A DNA stretch of 64,000 nucleotides. Source: an uncultured delta proteobacterium. GTDB taxonomy: Bacteria > Myxococcota_A > Polyangia > Haliangiales > Haliangiaceae. Shown one piece after another: positions 1 to 10,040 of the stretch (the first letter of the stretch is position 1; each line of letters opens with the position of its first letter). Position numbers and translations under genes: made by a program. Under the pieces are notes generated by a model. That model made no database searches, was not told the origin of the DNA, and was given only the letters and a program-made list of their open reading frames with translations. The stretch lies in the NCBI GenBank assembly GCA_963848295.1, contig CAWKDB010000002.1, positions 224,001-288,000 of the forward strand, given 5' to 3'.

Positions 1-300
1 CGGGAGGTTTTTTAGATAATCCATCACGGTCGGCCGCCCGCGATCGTCGCTGACCGCGGTGATGCAGGCCTTGGGCTTGTTGAACAACACGTAGAAGTGG
101 TCGAGCATGACGACCGCTTCGTCGTCGACCTGGACGTGATCCTTGTTCGGATCGATCTTCGTGCCGAGCTCGGCCGCGACCTTGCCGTTGACCTTGACGC
201 GGCCCTCCGCGATCATGACCTCGGCCTTGCGCCGCGCCGCGACGCCAGCGGCGGCGAGGTAGCGCTGCAGCCGCATCGGGCCGTCCGCCGGCTTGGTCAA
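1..300 (-). CDS. rluB: 23S rRNA pseudouridine synthase (RluB/RsuA family), 3' part outside the window
   Basis: Manual translation gives [31 protein letters not shown] (S4 domain) and [23 protein letters not shown]. It follows scpB. Start is TTG 300 (overlapping the scpB stop) or ATG 276. Confidence 0.9.
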   Translation of the reverse strand, partial: MTKPADGPMRLQRYLAAAGVAARRKAEVMIAEGRVKVNGKVAAELGTKIDPNKDHVQVDDEAVVMLDHFYVLFNKPKACITAVSDDRGRPTVMDYLKNLP

Positions 301-1211
301 CCGACGTCGTCCGGCGCCGGCTCGTCCAGCGGCACGATCTCCGGCAATTGTTCGATCGCCGGCTCCGGCATCGCATCGAGCGCGGCGACCGCGGCGACCG
401 CGGCGACCGCGGACTCGGCGCCGGCGCCATCATCGCGCTCGTTCGTCGCGTCACCGAGGCGATCGAGCACGACCTGGCGGCTCTCCGCGGTGAGCTCGCT
501 GTACTCGCGCAGCGTCGGCAGCTCGCGCAGGTCGCCGAGGCTGAAGAAGTCGAGGAACTCCTTCGTCGTCCCGTACAGCATCGGCCGGCCGACTTCTTCG
601 CGCTTGCCGAGCACGCGGATCAGCGCGCGCTCGAGCAACAGCCTGAGCGTCGCCGACGAATCGACGCCACGGATGTCGTCGATCTCCGGCCGCGTGATCG
701 GCTGGCGATAGGCCACGATCGCGAGCGTCTCGAGCTGGGCCCGCGACAGCCGCACCGGCCGGCCCGCGATCAGCTGCTGGACCCAGCCGGAGTACTGGGT
801 GTTCGTGCGGAACTGATAGCCGCCGGAGACTTGCTGGAGCGACAGCCCGCGATCGCTGTAGTGGTCGCCGAGCTCGGCGAGCGCTTGATGGATCCGACCG
901 ACATCGCTGATCCGGGTCAGCTGGCGGAGCCGCGCGACGGTCACCGGCTTGTCGGAGGCGAAGATCAGCGCCTCGACCAGGTGGCGCAGCTGCTCGGGCT
1001 CCATCGCGGAGGCGCCGGTCGGCAGCGCCGCGGCCGCGATCGCATCCGCCGTCGCCGCGAGCTCGGCATCGGGATCCACGGCGACGCCGTCGAGCGCCAT
1101 CGCCTCGACATCGGCCGCGTCACTCGGCTCGGGCTCGGGCGTGCCTGCGCTGCCCTCGGCCAAGATCTCCTCGGGTACGGCGTCTGCCTCGGGCTCGACT
1201 TCGCTCGACAT
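297..1211 (-). CDS. scpB: SMC-Scp complex subunit ScpB
   Basis: [47 protein letters not shown] and [16 protein letters not shown] motifs. Start MSSEVE at 1211. Confidence 0.95.
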   Translation of the reverse strand: MSSEVEPEADAVPEEILAEGSAGTPEPEPSDAADVEAMALDGVAVDPDAELAATADAIAAAALPTGASAMEPEQLRHLVEALIFASDKPVTVARLRQLTRISDVGRIHQALAELGDHYSDRGLSLQQVSGGYQFRTNTQYSGWVQQLIAGRPVRLSRAQLETLAIVAYRQPITRPEIDDIRGVDSSATLRLLLERALIRVLGKREEVGRPMLYGTTKEFLDFFSLGDLRELPTLREYSELTAESRQVVLDRLGDATNERDDGAGAESAVAAVAAVAALDAMPEPAIEQLPEIVPLDEPAPDDVG

Positions 1212-1228
1212 AGCTGGCCTTACTACTA

Positions 1229-2080
1229 CTACCGATAATCGTCGGCGCGGGCGACTGTTTGCTCCATTCGCGCCCGGAGATCTGCCCCGGCCCGCTCGAT
1301 GAAAATCTCGTCGCCGAGGCCGTCCCCGTCGAGCCCGGCGGTCTGGCTGATCGCGATCAGTCGCAGCTTCGCCATCTCGAGCAGCGCGAGGAACGTGACG
1401 ACCGCCTCGTGGCGGACCTCCTCGTAGCCGCGGGCGAGGCCGTCGCGCAGGAACGAGAACATCGAGCTGAACGCGAACCGGCCCTCGAGCTCGAGCCGAT
1501 CGGTGAGCTCCGAGATCTTCTGGCTGACGCTGAGCCGGTCGATCAGCACCTCGTGCGAGACCTTGACCTTCGCCGCGCGCATCAGCCGGTCGAACGCCTC
1601 GATCAGCTTGTGGACCGGGAACGCGGCGAGTGGCGCGATCGCGTCGGGGTCGATGTCGCCACCGACCGCGTCTTCGGATGCGGCTCCGCGGCTCCACACG
1701 TTGCGCCCCACGACCGGCCGGCCGCCGAGGTTGTCGGCCGCCTCCTTGTACTTCTGGTACTCGAGCAGACGCCGGATCAGATCGCCGCGGGGGTCGAGCG
1801 CTTCCTCGTCATCGCCGAGCTCGCCGTCGTCTTCGAGCGGCTCCGATGACGGCAACAGCTCGCGCGACTTGATGTGGCACAAGGTCGCCGCCATCAGGAG
1901 GTACTCGCCGGCCACGTCGATGTCGAGCGCGGCCATCGCATCGAGGTACTCGAGGTACTTCTCGGTCACGAACGAGATCGGGATCTCGAGGATCGACAGC
2001 TCGTGCTTCTTGACCAGGTGGAGCAAGAGGTCGAGCGGACCCTCGAACACGTCGAGCGCGACTTGATACGAAGCATCCAT
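1229..2080 (-). CDS. scpA: Segregation and condensation protein A
   Basis: [31 protein letters not shown] and VTFLALLEM motifs. Confidence 0.95.
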   Translation of the reverse strand: MDASYQVALDVFEGPLDLLLHLVKKHELSILEIPISFVTEKYLEYLDAMAALDIDVAGEYLLMAATLCHIKSRELLPSSEPLEDDGELGDDEEALDPRGDLIRRLLEYQKYKEAADNLGGRPVVGRNVWSRGAASEDAVGGDIDPDAIAPLAAFPVHKLIEAFDRLMRAAKVKVSHEVLIDRLSVSQKISELTDRLELEGRFAFSSMFSFLRDGLARGYEEVRHEAVVTFLALLEMAKLRLIAISQTAGLDGDGLGDEIFIERAGADLRARMEQTVARADDYR

Positions 2081-2090
2081 CGTGGAACCG

Positions 2091-2777
2091 CTAGAACAGC
2101 GCGTGGAACAGGTTGTACACGTGGTCCGCGCAGAACACCGCCGGCGTGACGAAAATCCACTGAACCTGGGGGATCAGCATCACCCCGAGCACGATGAACG
2201 GACCGAACCTCGCGAACTCGTGAAATTTGTCGCGGTAGCGGTACGGCGTGAAGCTCTCGGCGACATGACCGCCATCGAGCGGCGGCACCGGCACGAGGTT
2301 GAAGAAGAACAGGATGAAGTTCGTGAACGTCGCGAACTCGAGGATCGAGTTGATGTCGGTCAGCCCCGCCCACGCGCCCGCGTGGACATGAATCACGCCG
2401 CGGGCGAGCAACAGCGCGCGGGTCGCCGCGAGCACGGTGCCGAGCACCACGTTCATCATCGGGCCCGCGAGCGCGACCAAGATGGTCGCGGTCGACATCG
2501 AAACGCCGCGCCGGATCTTGTGCGGCTGCCACTGCACCGGCTTGCCCCAGCCAAAGCTGCCGCCGCCGTAGAACCCGCCCAGGACCGGCAACAGCAGCGT
2601 GCCGATCGGGTCGGCGTGGGCGAGCGGGTTGAGCGTGACCCGACCCTGGCGGCGCGGCGTGTCGTCGCCGAGATAGTCGGCCATGAACGCGTGGCCGAAC
2701 TCGTGGATCGCGACCGACACGACCAGCACGAGCACGTACAGGAACACCCGTCGCAGTTCTGTGGTCGAGATGTTCAA
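2091..2777 (-). CDS. Site-2 protease family (M50) membrane metalloprotease
   Basis: HEFGH zinc motif, [17 protein letters not shown] and [12 protein letters not shown]. Confidence 0.92.
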   Translation of the reverse strand: MNISTTELRRVFLYVLVLVVSVAIHEFGHAFMADYLGDDTPRRQGRVTLNPLAHADPIGTLLLPVLGGFYGGGSFGWGKPVQWQPHKIRRGVSMSTATILVALAGPMMNVVLGTVLAATRALLLARGVIHVHAGAWAGLTDINSILEFATFTNFILFFFNLVPVPPLDGGHVAESFTPYRYRDKFHEFARFGPFIVLGVMLIPQVQWIFVTPAVFCADHVYNLFHALF

Positions 2778-2884
2778 AGCGGCGCCTTTTCCCGAGCTCG
2801 ACGGACTATGGACGCCGGCTCTGACATCTGCAACCCCACAAGAACTTGCCCGATCGGCGAGGTCGAGCGCCCAATGGATTCGCG

Positions 2885-3796
2885 ATGGCCCGCCGGCTCC
2901 AGATCGACGAGGCGATCGACCTCTACCTCGACTTTCTCAAGGTCGAACGCCACCTGTCGCCGCACACGCTCGACGGCTACTCCCGCGACCTCGCCCGGCT
3001 CGCCCGGTTGCTCGCGGAGCGCGGCCGAGTCGACATCGATGATGTCACGGCGATCGACATCGTCGACCATCTCGGCGTGATCGCCGAGGCGGGCCTCGCG
3101 GCTCGGTCGCGGGCGCGTGCGCTCGTCGCGATCCGCGGCGTGTTTCGCCACCTCGTGGCCGAGCGCTGGCTCGCCGCCGATCCGACCGCGCTGATCGACG
3201 CCCCGCGCGCCGCGCGCCGGATGCCCGGGGTGCTCGGCGAGGAGGCGATCGCGAGGCTGTGTGCCGCCCCGCCCGATACCCCGCGCGGGCGCCGCGACGC
3301 CGCGATGATCGAGCTCGCGTACGCTTCGGGCTTGCGCGTCTCCGAGCTCGTCGCGATCGCGCGCGCCGACGTCAACCTCCATCAGGGCTTCGTGCGCGTC
3401 ACCGGCAAGGGTAACAAGACGCGGGTCGTGCCGCTCGGCGCCACCGCGCGCACCAAGATCGAGCGCTACCTCGCCGAGGATCGCCCCGCCTGGCTACGCG
3501 ATCCGGCCGAGCGCGCGCTGTTCCTCACCGAGCGCGGCAAGCCGATGACCCGCCAAGGGTTCTGGAAAGCGCTGCGCGGCCATGCCCGGCGCGCCGACGT
3601 TCGCCTCGCCGGGGGCGATGTCTCGCCTCACAAGCTGCGCCACTCGTTCGCGACGCACCTCGTCGAGCGCGGCGCGGATCTGCGCGCGGTCCAGGCGATG
3701 CTCGGCCACGCCGACATCTCGACCACCGAGGTCTATACGCACGTCAGCGCGGCGCGCGTGATCGAGCAGGCGCGCAAGCATCCTCGGGCGCGCTGA
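2885..3796 (+). CDS. xerD: Site-specific tyrosine recombinase XerD
   Basis: ERHLSPHT, RDAAMIELAYASGLRVSEL, GKGNKTR, HKLRHSFATHL and LGHADISTTEVYTHV. Adjacent to scpAB. Confidence 0.92.
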   Translation: MARRLQIDEAIDLYLDFLKVERHLSPHTLDGYSRDLARLARLLAERGRVDIDDVTAIDIVDHLGVIAEAGLAARSRARALVAIRGVFRHLVAERWLAADPTALIDAPRAARRMPGVLGEEAIARLCAAPPDTPRGRRDAAMIELAYASGLRVSELVAIARADVNLHQGFVRVTGKGNKTRVVPLGATARTKIERYLAEDRPAWLRDPAERALFLTERGKPMTRQGFWKALRGHARRADVRLAGGDVSPHKLRHSFATHLVERGADLRAVQAMLGHADISTTEVYTHVSAARVIEQARKHPRAR

Positions 3797-3845
3797 ATAG
3801 TGAACCGGAACCGAGAACTCGAACGGAGTGCGCTACCATTGCCAG

Positions 3846-5900
3846 ATGCGATGGCTCGGAGCAACGCTTGCCCTCGCGGCCTGCGTCGGCGCACCGCGCG
3901 GCGACACCGGCACGTCGTATATCAAGACATACCGCCCGCTCGGCCACAAGGCCGACGCGAAGTCGCGCCAGCAGGCGGTGATCCTCGGCACCGACGCGAA
4001 CGACGGCTCGACCGTGTTGCACCTGCCGGCCGCGCCGCCGAAAGCGGTGGTGGATGCGATGTTCGTCAAGACCGGCGGCACCGACCCGGCGACCGGGGGG
4101 ATCACGCCCGTCAAGCTGTCGGCGTCGCCGACGACCGATGGCTCGGTCGAGGTCGGGATCTTCGAGGAGTTTGCGAACGGCACCGGCACGCAATGGCGCG
4201 CCGGCGTCTGGATGTCGGCGCTCGTCGCGGCGTCGACGCTCGGCAAAGACCTGACCGACTACGCGTTCGCCGCCAGCTCGGGCGGCTACATCGACGGCCC
4301 GTCCGCCTCGGGTCTCATGGCCGCCGGGTTTCTCGCCGTGATGACCGGGGCCGCGATCGATCCGACCGCGACGATGACAGGCGCGATCAACCCCGACGGC
4401 ACGATCGGTCCGGTCGGCGGCATTCCGGAAAAGTTCCTCGGCGCGATCGCGAGCGGCAAGCGCAGGCTCGGCTATCCGATCGGCATGCGCTGGGCGAAGT
4501 CCGAGGCGACCGGCAAGGCGGTCGACCTCGTCCAGCTCGCCAAGGACCACGGTGCGGAGGCGGTCGAGATCGCCGATGTCCACCAGGCATACACCCTGCT
4601 CACCGGCAAACAGCTGCCCGACACCGTGCCGGTGTCCGAGGCCGAGATGGCCCTCGATCCCGACACGGCGAAGCGGCTCGAGGCGAGCTATCAGGACTGG
4701 CAGCGGCTGATCGCCGGGCAATGGGCAACGATCGTCGAGCTCCACCAGTCCGGGCGGTTACCGGCCGGCCTGGTCTCGACCGTGCAGTGCGCCGAGGATC
4801 GTTACAAGGAGGCGCAGCAGCTCCACGGCGCTGGCAAGGTCGGCGCAGCGTGCCTGCGCATGATCGGCGCGTGGAGCTGTGCGGCGAGCGCGGTCGACAC
4901 CTACGACGTGCTCACGAAGGTGCGCGCCGGCGACACGACCGGCGCGATCGCGCAGATCGATGCCTACGGCCAGCTGCTGAAGAGCTCCGAGGCGGTGTTC
5001 GCGACGATCGGCGAGCAGAAGCCGGCGACGCTCGGCGGTTACTTGCAGATGCTCGCGTCGTTCGAGACGGCGCTGCGCGGCGCCGGGTTCGAAGGCCTGG
5101 CCGACCAAGGGCTCGTCACGGCGCGCACGACGCTGACCCAGCTCGCGACGAAGACCGTCGCGCAGCTCGGCGCGCCCGAGGTAGCCGATCAGGTCGTCGC
5201 CGCGATCCAACCGGTGGCCGTGCTCGTCAGCCAGGCCGTCGGCGAGGCGACCCTAGCGACCCAAGAGCTCGGGCTCGCGAACGCGCGCAGCGTCGACTAC
5301 ACGTGCTCGCTGCCGAACGTGCATCGCATGGCGACGTCGTATTCGTCCGCGGCGGTCGCCGGCCTGACCTACTTTGATGCGCTGCTCGTCCAGCCGTTCA
5401 TGGAGAGCCAGCACCTGAGCGAGCAGGAAGCGCGTGCCCGGGTCGCGACCGCCGAGCCGTCGTACCTCGTCGCGTACCTCGGCGCGCGGATCGATGGCTC
5501 GGAAGGCGTGCCGAAGCAGCTCAAGGACTCGTGGGGCGAGCAGTCACTCGCGTGGAACCTGTTCGGCCTCGCCGCGAGCCAGCTCGCGTACGCCAGCTCG
5601 GCCGAGCTGATCGCGAAGTACTACTCGCTCGGCGTCCACACCGGCTCGGACGGCAAGGTGCAGTCACTGGAGTACGACAAAGCCTTCACGAACATGCTCG
5701 CGCTCGCCGAACGGAGCGCGCGATCGAGTGCTCGCGCGGCGAGGATCGCGACCGGCGCGATCCCGATCCAGGCCAAGCTCGCGTACCAGCTCGCGACGGT
5801 CGAGCGCGACGGCGACGTGGTCGAGCAGATCGAAGCGCTCGGTCAGTTCTGGGCGTCGTCGGCGATGTCGCAGACCGCGGTGATGCTCGCGCGCAACTAA
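3846..5900 (+). CDS. Predicted lipoprotein with Lon-type (S16) protease domain and no AAA+ module
   Basis: Lipobox LAAC. IDGPSASG (catalytic Ser) and MTGAINPDGTIGPVGGIPEK (catalytic Lys), followed by a long helical C-terminus. Confidence 0.8.
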   Translation: MRWLGATLALAACVGAPRGDTGTSYIKTYRPLGHKADAKSRQQAVILGTDANDGSTVLHLPAAPPKAVVDAMFVKTGGTDPATGGITPVKLSASPTTDGSVEVGIFEEFANGTGTQWRAGVWMSALVAASTLGKDLTDYAFAASSGGYIDGPSASGLMAAGFLAVMTGAAIDPTATMTGAINPDGTIGPVGGIPEKFLGAIASGKRRLGYPIGMRWAKSEATGKAVDLVQLAKDHGAEAVEIADVHQAYTLLTGKQLPDTVPVSEAEMALDPDTAKRLEASYQDWQRLIAGQWATIVELHQSGRLPAGLVSTVQCAEDRYKEAQQLHGAGKVGAACLRMIGAWSCAASAVDTYDVLTKVRAGDTTGAIAQIDAYGQLLKSSEAVFATIGEQKPATLGGYLQMLASFETALRGAGFEGLADQGLVTARTTLTQLATKTVAQLGAPEVADQVVAAIQPVAVLVSQAVGEATLATQELGLANARSVDYTCSLPNVHRMATSYSSAAVAGLTYFDALLVQPFMESQHLSEQEARARVATAEPSYLVAYLGARIDGSEGVPKQLKDSWGEQSLAWNLFGLAASQLAYASSAELIAKYYSLGVHTGSDGKVQSLEYDKAFTNMLALAERSARSSARAARIATGAIPIQAKLAYQLATVERDGDVVEQIEALGQFWASSAMSQTAVMLARN

Positions 5901-5909
5901 CGCCCGCCG

Positions 5910-6662
5910 TCACGGGCACTCGAACAGCGTGTGCGAGCTGAGCGCGTAGTTCATGAAGTCTCCGCTCCCCGGTTCGACATCGACCGCGAGCACGCCATCC
6001 GCGATCGCGCCGCGAACAAGCGGTGCCATGAATACGATGGTCGGCCAATCCTTTTCGACGATCAGCGCGAGCTTGTGGCCGACACTAGCTGCGGTCACGC
6101 GCGCGAACTGTCTGGCGGTGCCGGGCGAGAGCACGAACCGGACTTCGTTCGCCGCGCGATCGGCCGAGATGGACGAGAACGTCGCGTCGTCGATCATCGG
6201 CTCGGCCTCGACATAGAAGGTCCGCCATGAATCGGGCGCTACATCGAGCGCGAGGGGATCACCTTTCATGTGTCGCGACGTGTAGGCGCGACCCTCGACC
6301 ACGATTCGATGATCGTGCGCGATCGGGCTATCGCGCGTTAGCTGGGCGACGTAGGACTCCAGCCGGCCGCGATCATCGGCCGCGAGATAGTAGTCGGCGT
6401 GCTCGACGCCGGCGACCTGCCAGGTGTCCTCGCCTGCGACGAAGCCGGCCGCTCGTGCTTTCGAATCGGCGGCCAGCTGATCGTGCAGTCGTTTCATGTA
6501 CTGCGCGCCGTCGTCGACGGTCGTCACTTCAAACGGCCGGGTACAACCGGCTGCCTGTACGGCTACCGGCTTCGCCGCAGGCGGATCGGCCGGCTTCGAG
6601 CTGCAGGCCGCGATGGCAAGCCCAGCGAGAACGAACGATTTCACCCGCGAACGATGCCACAT
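5910..6662 (-). CDS. Lipoprotein with SecDF P1-head-like domain
   Basis: Lipobox IAAC. VRFVLSPGTARQFARVTAASVGHKLALIV...MAPLVRGAIADG resembles the SecD periplasmic head. No TM segments. Confidence 0.6.
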   Translation of the reverse strand: MWHRSRVKSFVLAGLAIAACSSKPADPPAAKPVAVQAAGCTRPFEVTTVDDGAQYMKRLHDQLAADSKARAAGFVAGEDTWQVAGVEHADYYLAADDRGRLESYVAQLTRDSPIAHDHRIVVEGRAYTSRHMKGDPLALDVAPDSWRTFYVEAEPMIDDATFSSISADRAANEVRFVLSPGTARQFARVTAASVGHKLALIVEKDWPTIVFMAPLVRGAIADGVLAVDVEPGSGDFMNYALSSHTLFECP

Positions 6663-6695
6663 GGCGACCGCGGCGGAGGTTACAGCTCGTCGGGT

Positions 6696-7190
6696 TCAGC
6701 GCGACTGACGAAGTAGCTCGGCCATGTCTTTTTGCCCGGCCGGATCTTCGAGCAGCGTGATCGGCTGGTCGGCGAGCAGCTGCTCCTCGAGGATGATCTC
6801 GATCGCGCGGCGCGCGCCGATCAGCCCGGACGCCCTGCCCGGGAGCTGCACCGACCAATCGCCGACTCCAGCGCGCGTCACGACCCCGAGGATCCACGCG
6901 AGGTCCTTGCGGAACCGGTCCTCGTTGTAGCCCTTCGTGTCGCCGAGCCCGAACCACAGCACGCGCTTGAATCGCAGGCGCCGGCCGGGCGGCAGCAGCA
7001 TCGTCTCGCCCGCATCCGCAGTCGCGCGATTCGCCTTGATCAACCGCGACAGCCGACCGCATAGCCGCCAATCGACGAGCCCGGCCGCGCCGCGCAGCGG
7101 ACGATCGTCGCGGAACACCGGCAGCACCAGGCAATCGCGCGCGGTCTCGTCCCAGCGCGCGAGATCGAGGGGGAGCACCGACAGCGCCAT
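6696..7190 (-). CDS. Stand-alone M17 aminopeptidase N-terminal-like domain protein
   Basis: LVLPVFRDDRPLRGAAGLVDWRLCGRLSRL and RVLWFGLG. Start MALSV overlaps the nusB stop. Confidence 0.75.
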   Translation of the reverse strand: MALSVLPLDLARWDETARDCLVLPVFRDDRPLRGAAGLVDWRLCGRLSRLIKANRATADAGETMLLPPGRRLRFKRVLWFGLGDTKGYNEDRFRKDLAWILGVVTRAGVGDWSVQLPGRASGLIGARRAIEIILEEQLLADQPITLLEDPAGQKDMAELLRQSR

Positions 7191-7624
7191 CAGTCCTCCG
7201 CGCCGCGGCCGACCGCGGTCGCGATCCGATCGAGCACCCCGTTGACGAACGCCGACGACTCGGCCGTGCCGAACCGCTTCGCGAGCTCGACCGCCTCGTT
7301 GATCACGACCTTGACCGGGACGTCGTGAAACGCGAGCAGCTCGCAGGCCCCGAGCCGAAGGATGTTGCGATCGACGCGCGACATCCGGTCGATCCGCCAG
7401 TTCTTCGACGACGACGTGATCAGCTCGTCGACCTTGGCGGCGTGGGTCGCCGAGGCCGCGACGAGTTCGCGCGCGAACGCGGCGGCGTCGGGCTCGACCT
7501 GGAGCTCGAACGCGTTGGCCCAGTCGCCCGCGGCACCGGCGACGTCGGTCGACGCGTCGCCGTCGCGCGCATAGAGCAGCTGCAGCGCGTAGGCGCGTCC
7601 CGAACGGCGATGCCCCGCGGTCAT
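7190..7624 (-). CDS. nusB: Transcription antitermination factor NusB
   Basis: RAYALQLLY, NWRIDRMSRVDRNILRL, VVINEAVELAKRFG and FVNGVLD. Confidence 0.96.
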   Translation of the reverse strand: MTAGHRRSGRAYALQLLYARDGDASTDVAGAAGDWANAFELQVEPDAAAFARELVAASATHAAKVDELITSSSKNWRIDRMSRVDRNILRLGACELLAFHDVPVKVVINEAVELAKRFGTAESSAFVNGVLDRIATAVGRGAED

Positions 7625-7633
7625 GACAGCTCG

Positions 7634-8146
7634 TTATTCTGCCTTGCCGCGGGCGCCGGCCTTGCCGCGGCCCGGCGCCTTGCCGAGCGCGCGGAACAGC
7701 GTCGCGAGCTCGATCGCGGCGATCGCGGCATCGAAGCCCTTGTTGCCGGCCTTCGTGCCAGCGCGCTCGAGCGCCTGCTCGACCGTGTCGGTCGTCAGCA
7801 CGCCGAAGCTGACCGGAACGGCCGAGCTCGCCGCCGCGCTCGCGATGCCGCGCGCGGCTTCGCCGGCGACGAGATCGAAGTGCGGCGTCGCGCCGCGAAT
7901 CACCGCTCCGAGCGCGACCACGGCGTCGATCCCACCGCGGTCGATGACCTTGCGCACGACCTGCGGCAGCTCCCACGCGCCGGGGCAGCGCACGATCGAG
8001 ATCGCATCGTCGTCGCCACCGGACCGCACGATCGCGTCGATCGCGCCGTCGATCAGCGGCTCGACGATCAGCCCGTTGAACCGGCTCGCGACGATCGCGA
8101 ACCGCAAGCCAGCCGCGGACAGGGTGCCTTCGATCGTGGTCGCCAT
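7634..8146 (-). CDS. ribH: 6,7-dimethyl-8-ribityllumazine synthase
   Basis: AIVASRFN, PGAWELP, GAVIRGATPHFD, FGVLTTD and GNKG. Confidence 0.96.
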   Translation of the reverse strand: MATTIEGTLSAAGLRFAIVASRFNGLIVEPLIDGAIDAIVRSGGDDDAISIVRCPGAWELPQVVRKVIDRGGIDAVVALGAVIRGATPHFDLVAGEAARGIASAAASSAVPVSFGVLTTDTVEQALERAGTKAGNKGFDAAIAAIELATLFRALGKAPGRGKAGARGKAE

Positions 8147-8188
8147 ACGCCGCGGGTATACCTCATTCAGCGGGCCGCTTGCCGCGAA

Positions 8189-9375
8189 TCAGGCGCCGGT
8201 CTTCGCACGCGCGGCGGTGGCGCGCGTCGGAATCGGCACGCGCTCGACGACATCGATCCCGAAGCCCTCGAGGCCTGGGATCTTGCGATCGCTCCACATC
8301 ATCAGCCGGATCTTCTTGCAGCCGAGATCCGCGAGCACCTGCGCGCCCAGCCCGAAGTCGCGCAGCGCTTCGCTCGACGCCGCGCGCGACTCCTTCGCGA
8401 TGTCAGTGAAGCTCGGCCGCACGACCTCGCGCTGGAGCACGAGCCGATCGAACGAATTCGCGAGCCGCATCCGGCCGCGATTGACGACGTAGAGCAACAC
8501 GCCGAGCCCGGCGGCATCGATCGCCTCGAGCGCGGCGGTGAGATCGGGCCGGAGCGAGAACGGATCGCCGAGCGGATCCATCGCCGCGACCCGCACGAGC
8601 ACGGTCTGGCCCGCGGCCGATGCCGCCGCGACATCGCCGCGCACGAGCGCGAGGTACTCGGTGTCTTCGACCTCGGTGTCGTAGTAATGCGCGACGAACG
8701 GCTCGCCCGGCGCCGAGCCCTCCCGGCCGCAGCGTGCCGGTGCCGCGGCAGCGCACGATTCGCTCGTGCTGCAGGCGATACGCGATCATGTCGGCGACCG
8801 ACAGCACCATCACGTGGTGGCGTTGGCCGAACGCTTCGAGCTCCGGCATTCGGGCCATCTCGCCGTCCTCGCGCATGATCTCGCAGATCACGCCGGCGGG
8901 CTTGCAGCCCCGCCATGCGCGCGAGGTCGACCGAGCCTTCGGTCTGGCCGGTGCGGACGAGCACGCCGCCCTTGCGCGCGCGCAGCGGGAACACGTGGCC
9001 GGGAGACACGATCTTGTGCGGCCCGGTGTCGTCGGCGATCGCGGCGCGGATCGTCGTCGCGCGATCGCGAGCCGAGATGCCCGTCGACACGCCGTGCCGC
9101 GCTTCGATCGACACCGTGAACGCGGTGCCGAGCGAGGCTTGGTTGTCGCGCACCATCATCGGCAGCTCGAGCTTGTCGATCATCGCGTCGTCCATCGCGA
9201 GGCAGATCAGGCCCCGCGCGTGGGTCGCCATGAAGTTGATGTGCTCGGGCGTGACGAGCTCGGCGGCGAACACGAGATCGCCTTCGTTCTCGCGATCTTC
9301 GTCGTCGACGAGGATCACCATCTTGCCGGCGCGGATCTCGTCGAGGGCACGCGCGACGCGTTCGAGGGCGGTCAT
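8189..9375 (-). CDS. ribB: DHBP synthase fused to a degenerate GTP cyclohydrolase II domain (RibBX-type); apparent frameshifts near 8900 and 8700
   Basis: [27 protein letters not shown] and [13 protein letters not shown]. The C-domain has [15 protein letters not shown] but no Zn-binding Cys. Confidence 0.9.
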
Positions 9376-10029
9376 GACTGGCCTCCAGCAACTAGTTTTT
9401 CGACGTGCTTCGCGAGGATGTCGGTCTCGAGGTTGACGCGGTCGCCGATCGCGAGCGCGCCGAGCGTCGTGTGATCGCGGGTGTGCGGGATGATCGCGAC
9501 CGAGAACGTCTCGCGATCGACCGCGTTGACGGTGAGCGACACGCCGGCGATCGCGATCGAGCCCTTCTCGACGATGTGGCGGAGCAGCGCCGCCGGCGCG
9601 CGCACGCCGAGCACGAGGTTCGCGCCGAGATCGCGGCGCACCGCGAGCTCGCCGGTGCCGTCGATGTGGCCGGTCACCCAGTGACCGCCGAGCCGATCGC
9701 CGAGCCGCAGCGCGCGCTCGAGGTTGAGCTTTCCGCCGACGCGGGCGTGGCCGAGCGTCGTGCAGCGCGAGCGTCTCGGCGCCGGCGAGCACGGTGTAGC
9801 TGTCACGGGCTATTGAACCGCGCCGCCCTTCGGCGCCGCTGCCGGCCGGGGGCAAGCCCCGACCGTCGATCGCCGTGACCGTGAGGCACGCGCCGTCGTG
9901 GCAGATCGATTCGCCGATCGCGAGGTCGGCGAGCGCGAACGCCGCCGGCCGGATCGCGAGCACGAGCGCGTCGCTACGGCGATCCGCGCGCGCGATCGTG
10001 CCGACGTCAGCGACGAGCCCGGTGAACAT
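9372..10029 (-). CDS. ribE: Riboflavin synthase (alpha chain); frameshift near 9765; carries a 19-codon repeat insertion
   Basis: [56 protein letters not shown] and [10 protein letters not shown]. Confidence 0.93.
9811..9870 (-). repeat. Intragenic two-hairpin repeat, copy 1 (in ribE)
   Basis: Minus strand ATCGACGGTCGGGGCTTGCCCCCGGCCGGCAGCGGCGCCGAAGGGCGGCGCGGTTCAATA. Ungapped hand alignment: 49/60 identical to 25050-25109 and 43/60 to 18546-18605. Confidence 0.85.
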
Positions 10030-10040
10030 CTGCTGCGGGT

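Noticed and set aside
381..412. 9-bp tandem repeat in the scpB 3' end
   Set aside because: Ordinary low-complexity (AVA)n tail.
2885..3796. Integrase marking a prophage or island
   Set aside because: Sequence and the scpAB context fit chromosomal XerD; no att sites or phage genes were seen.
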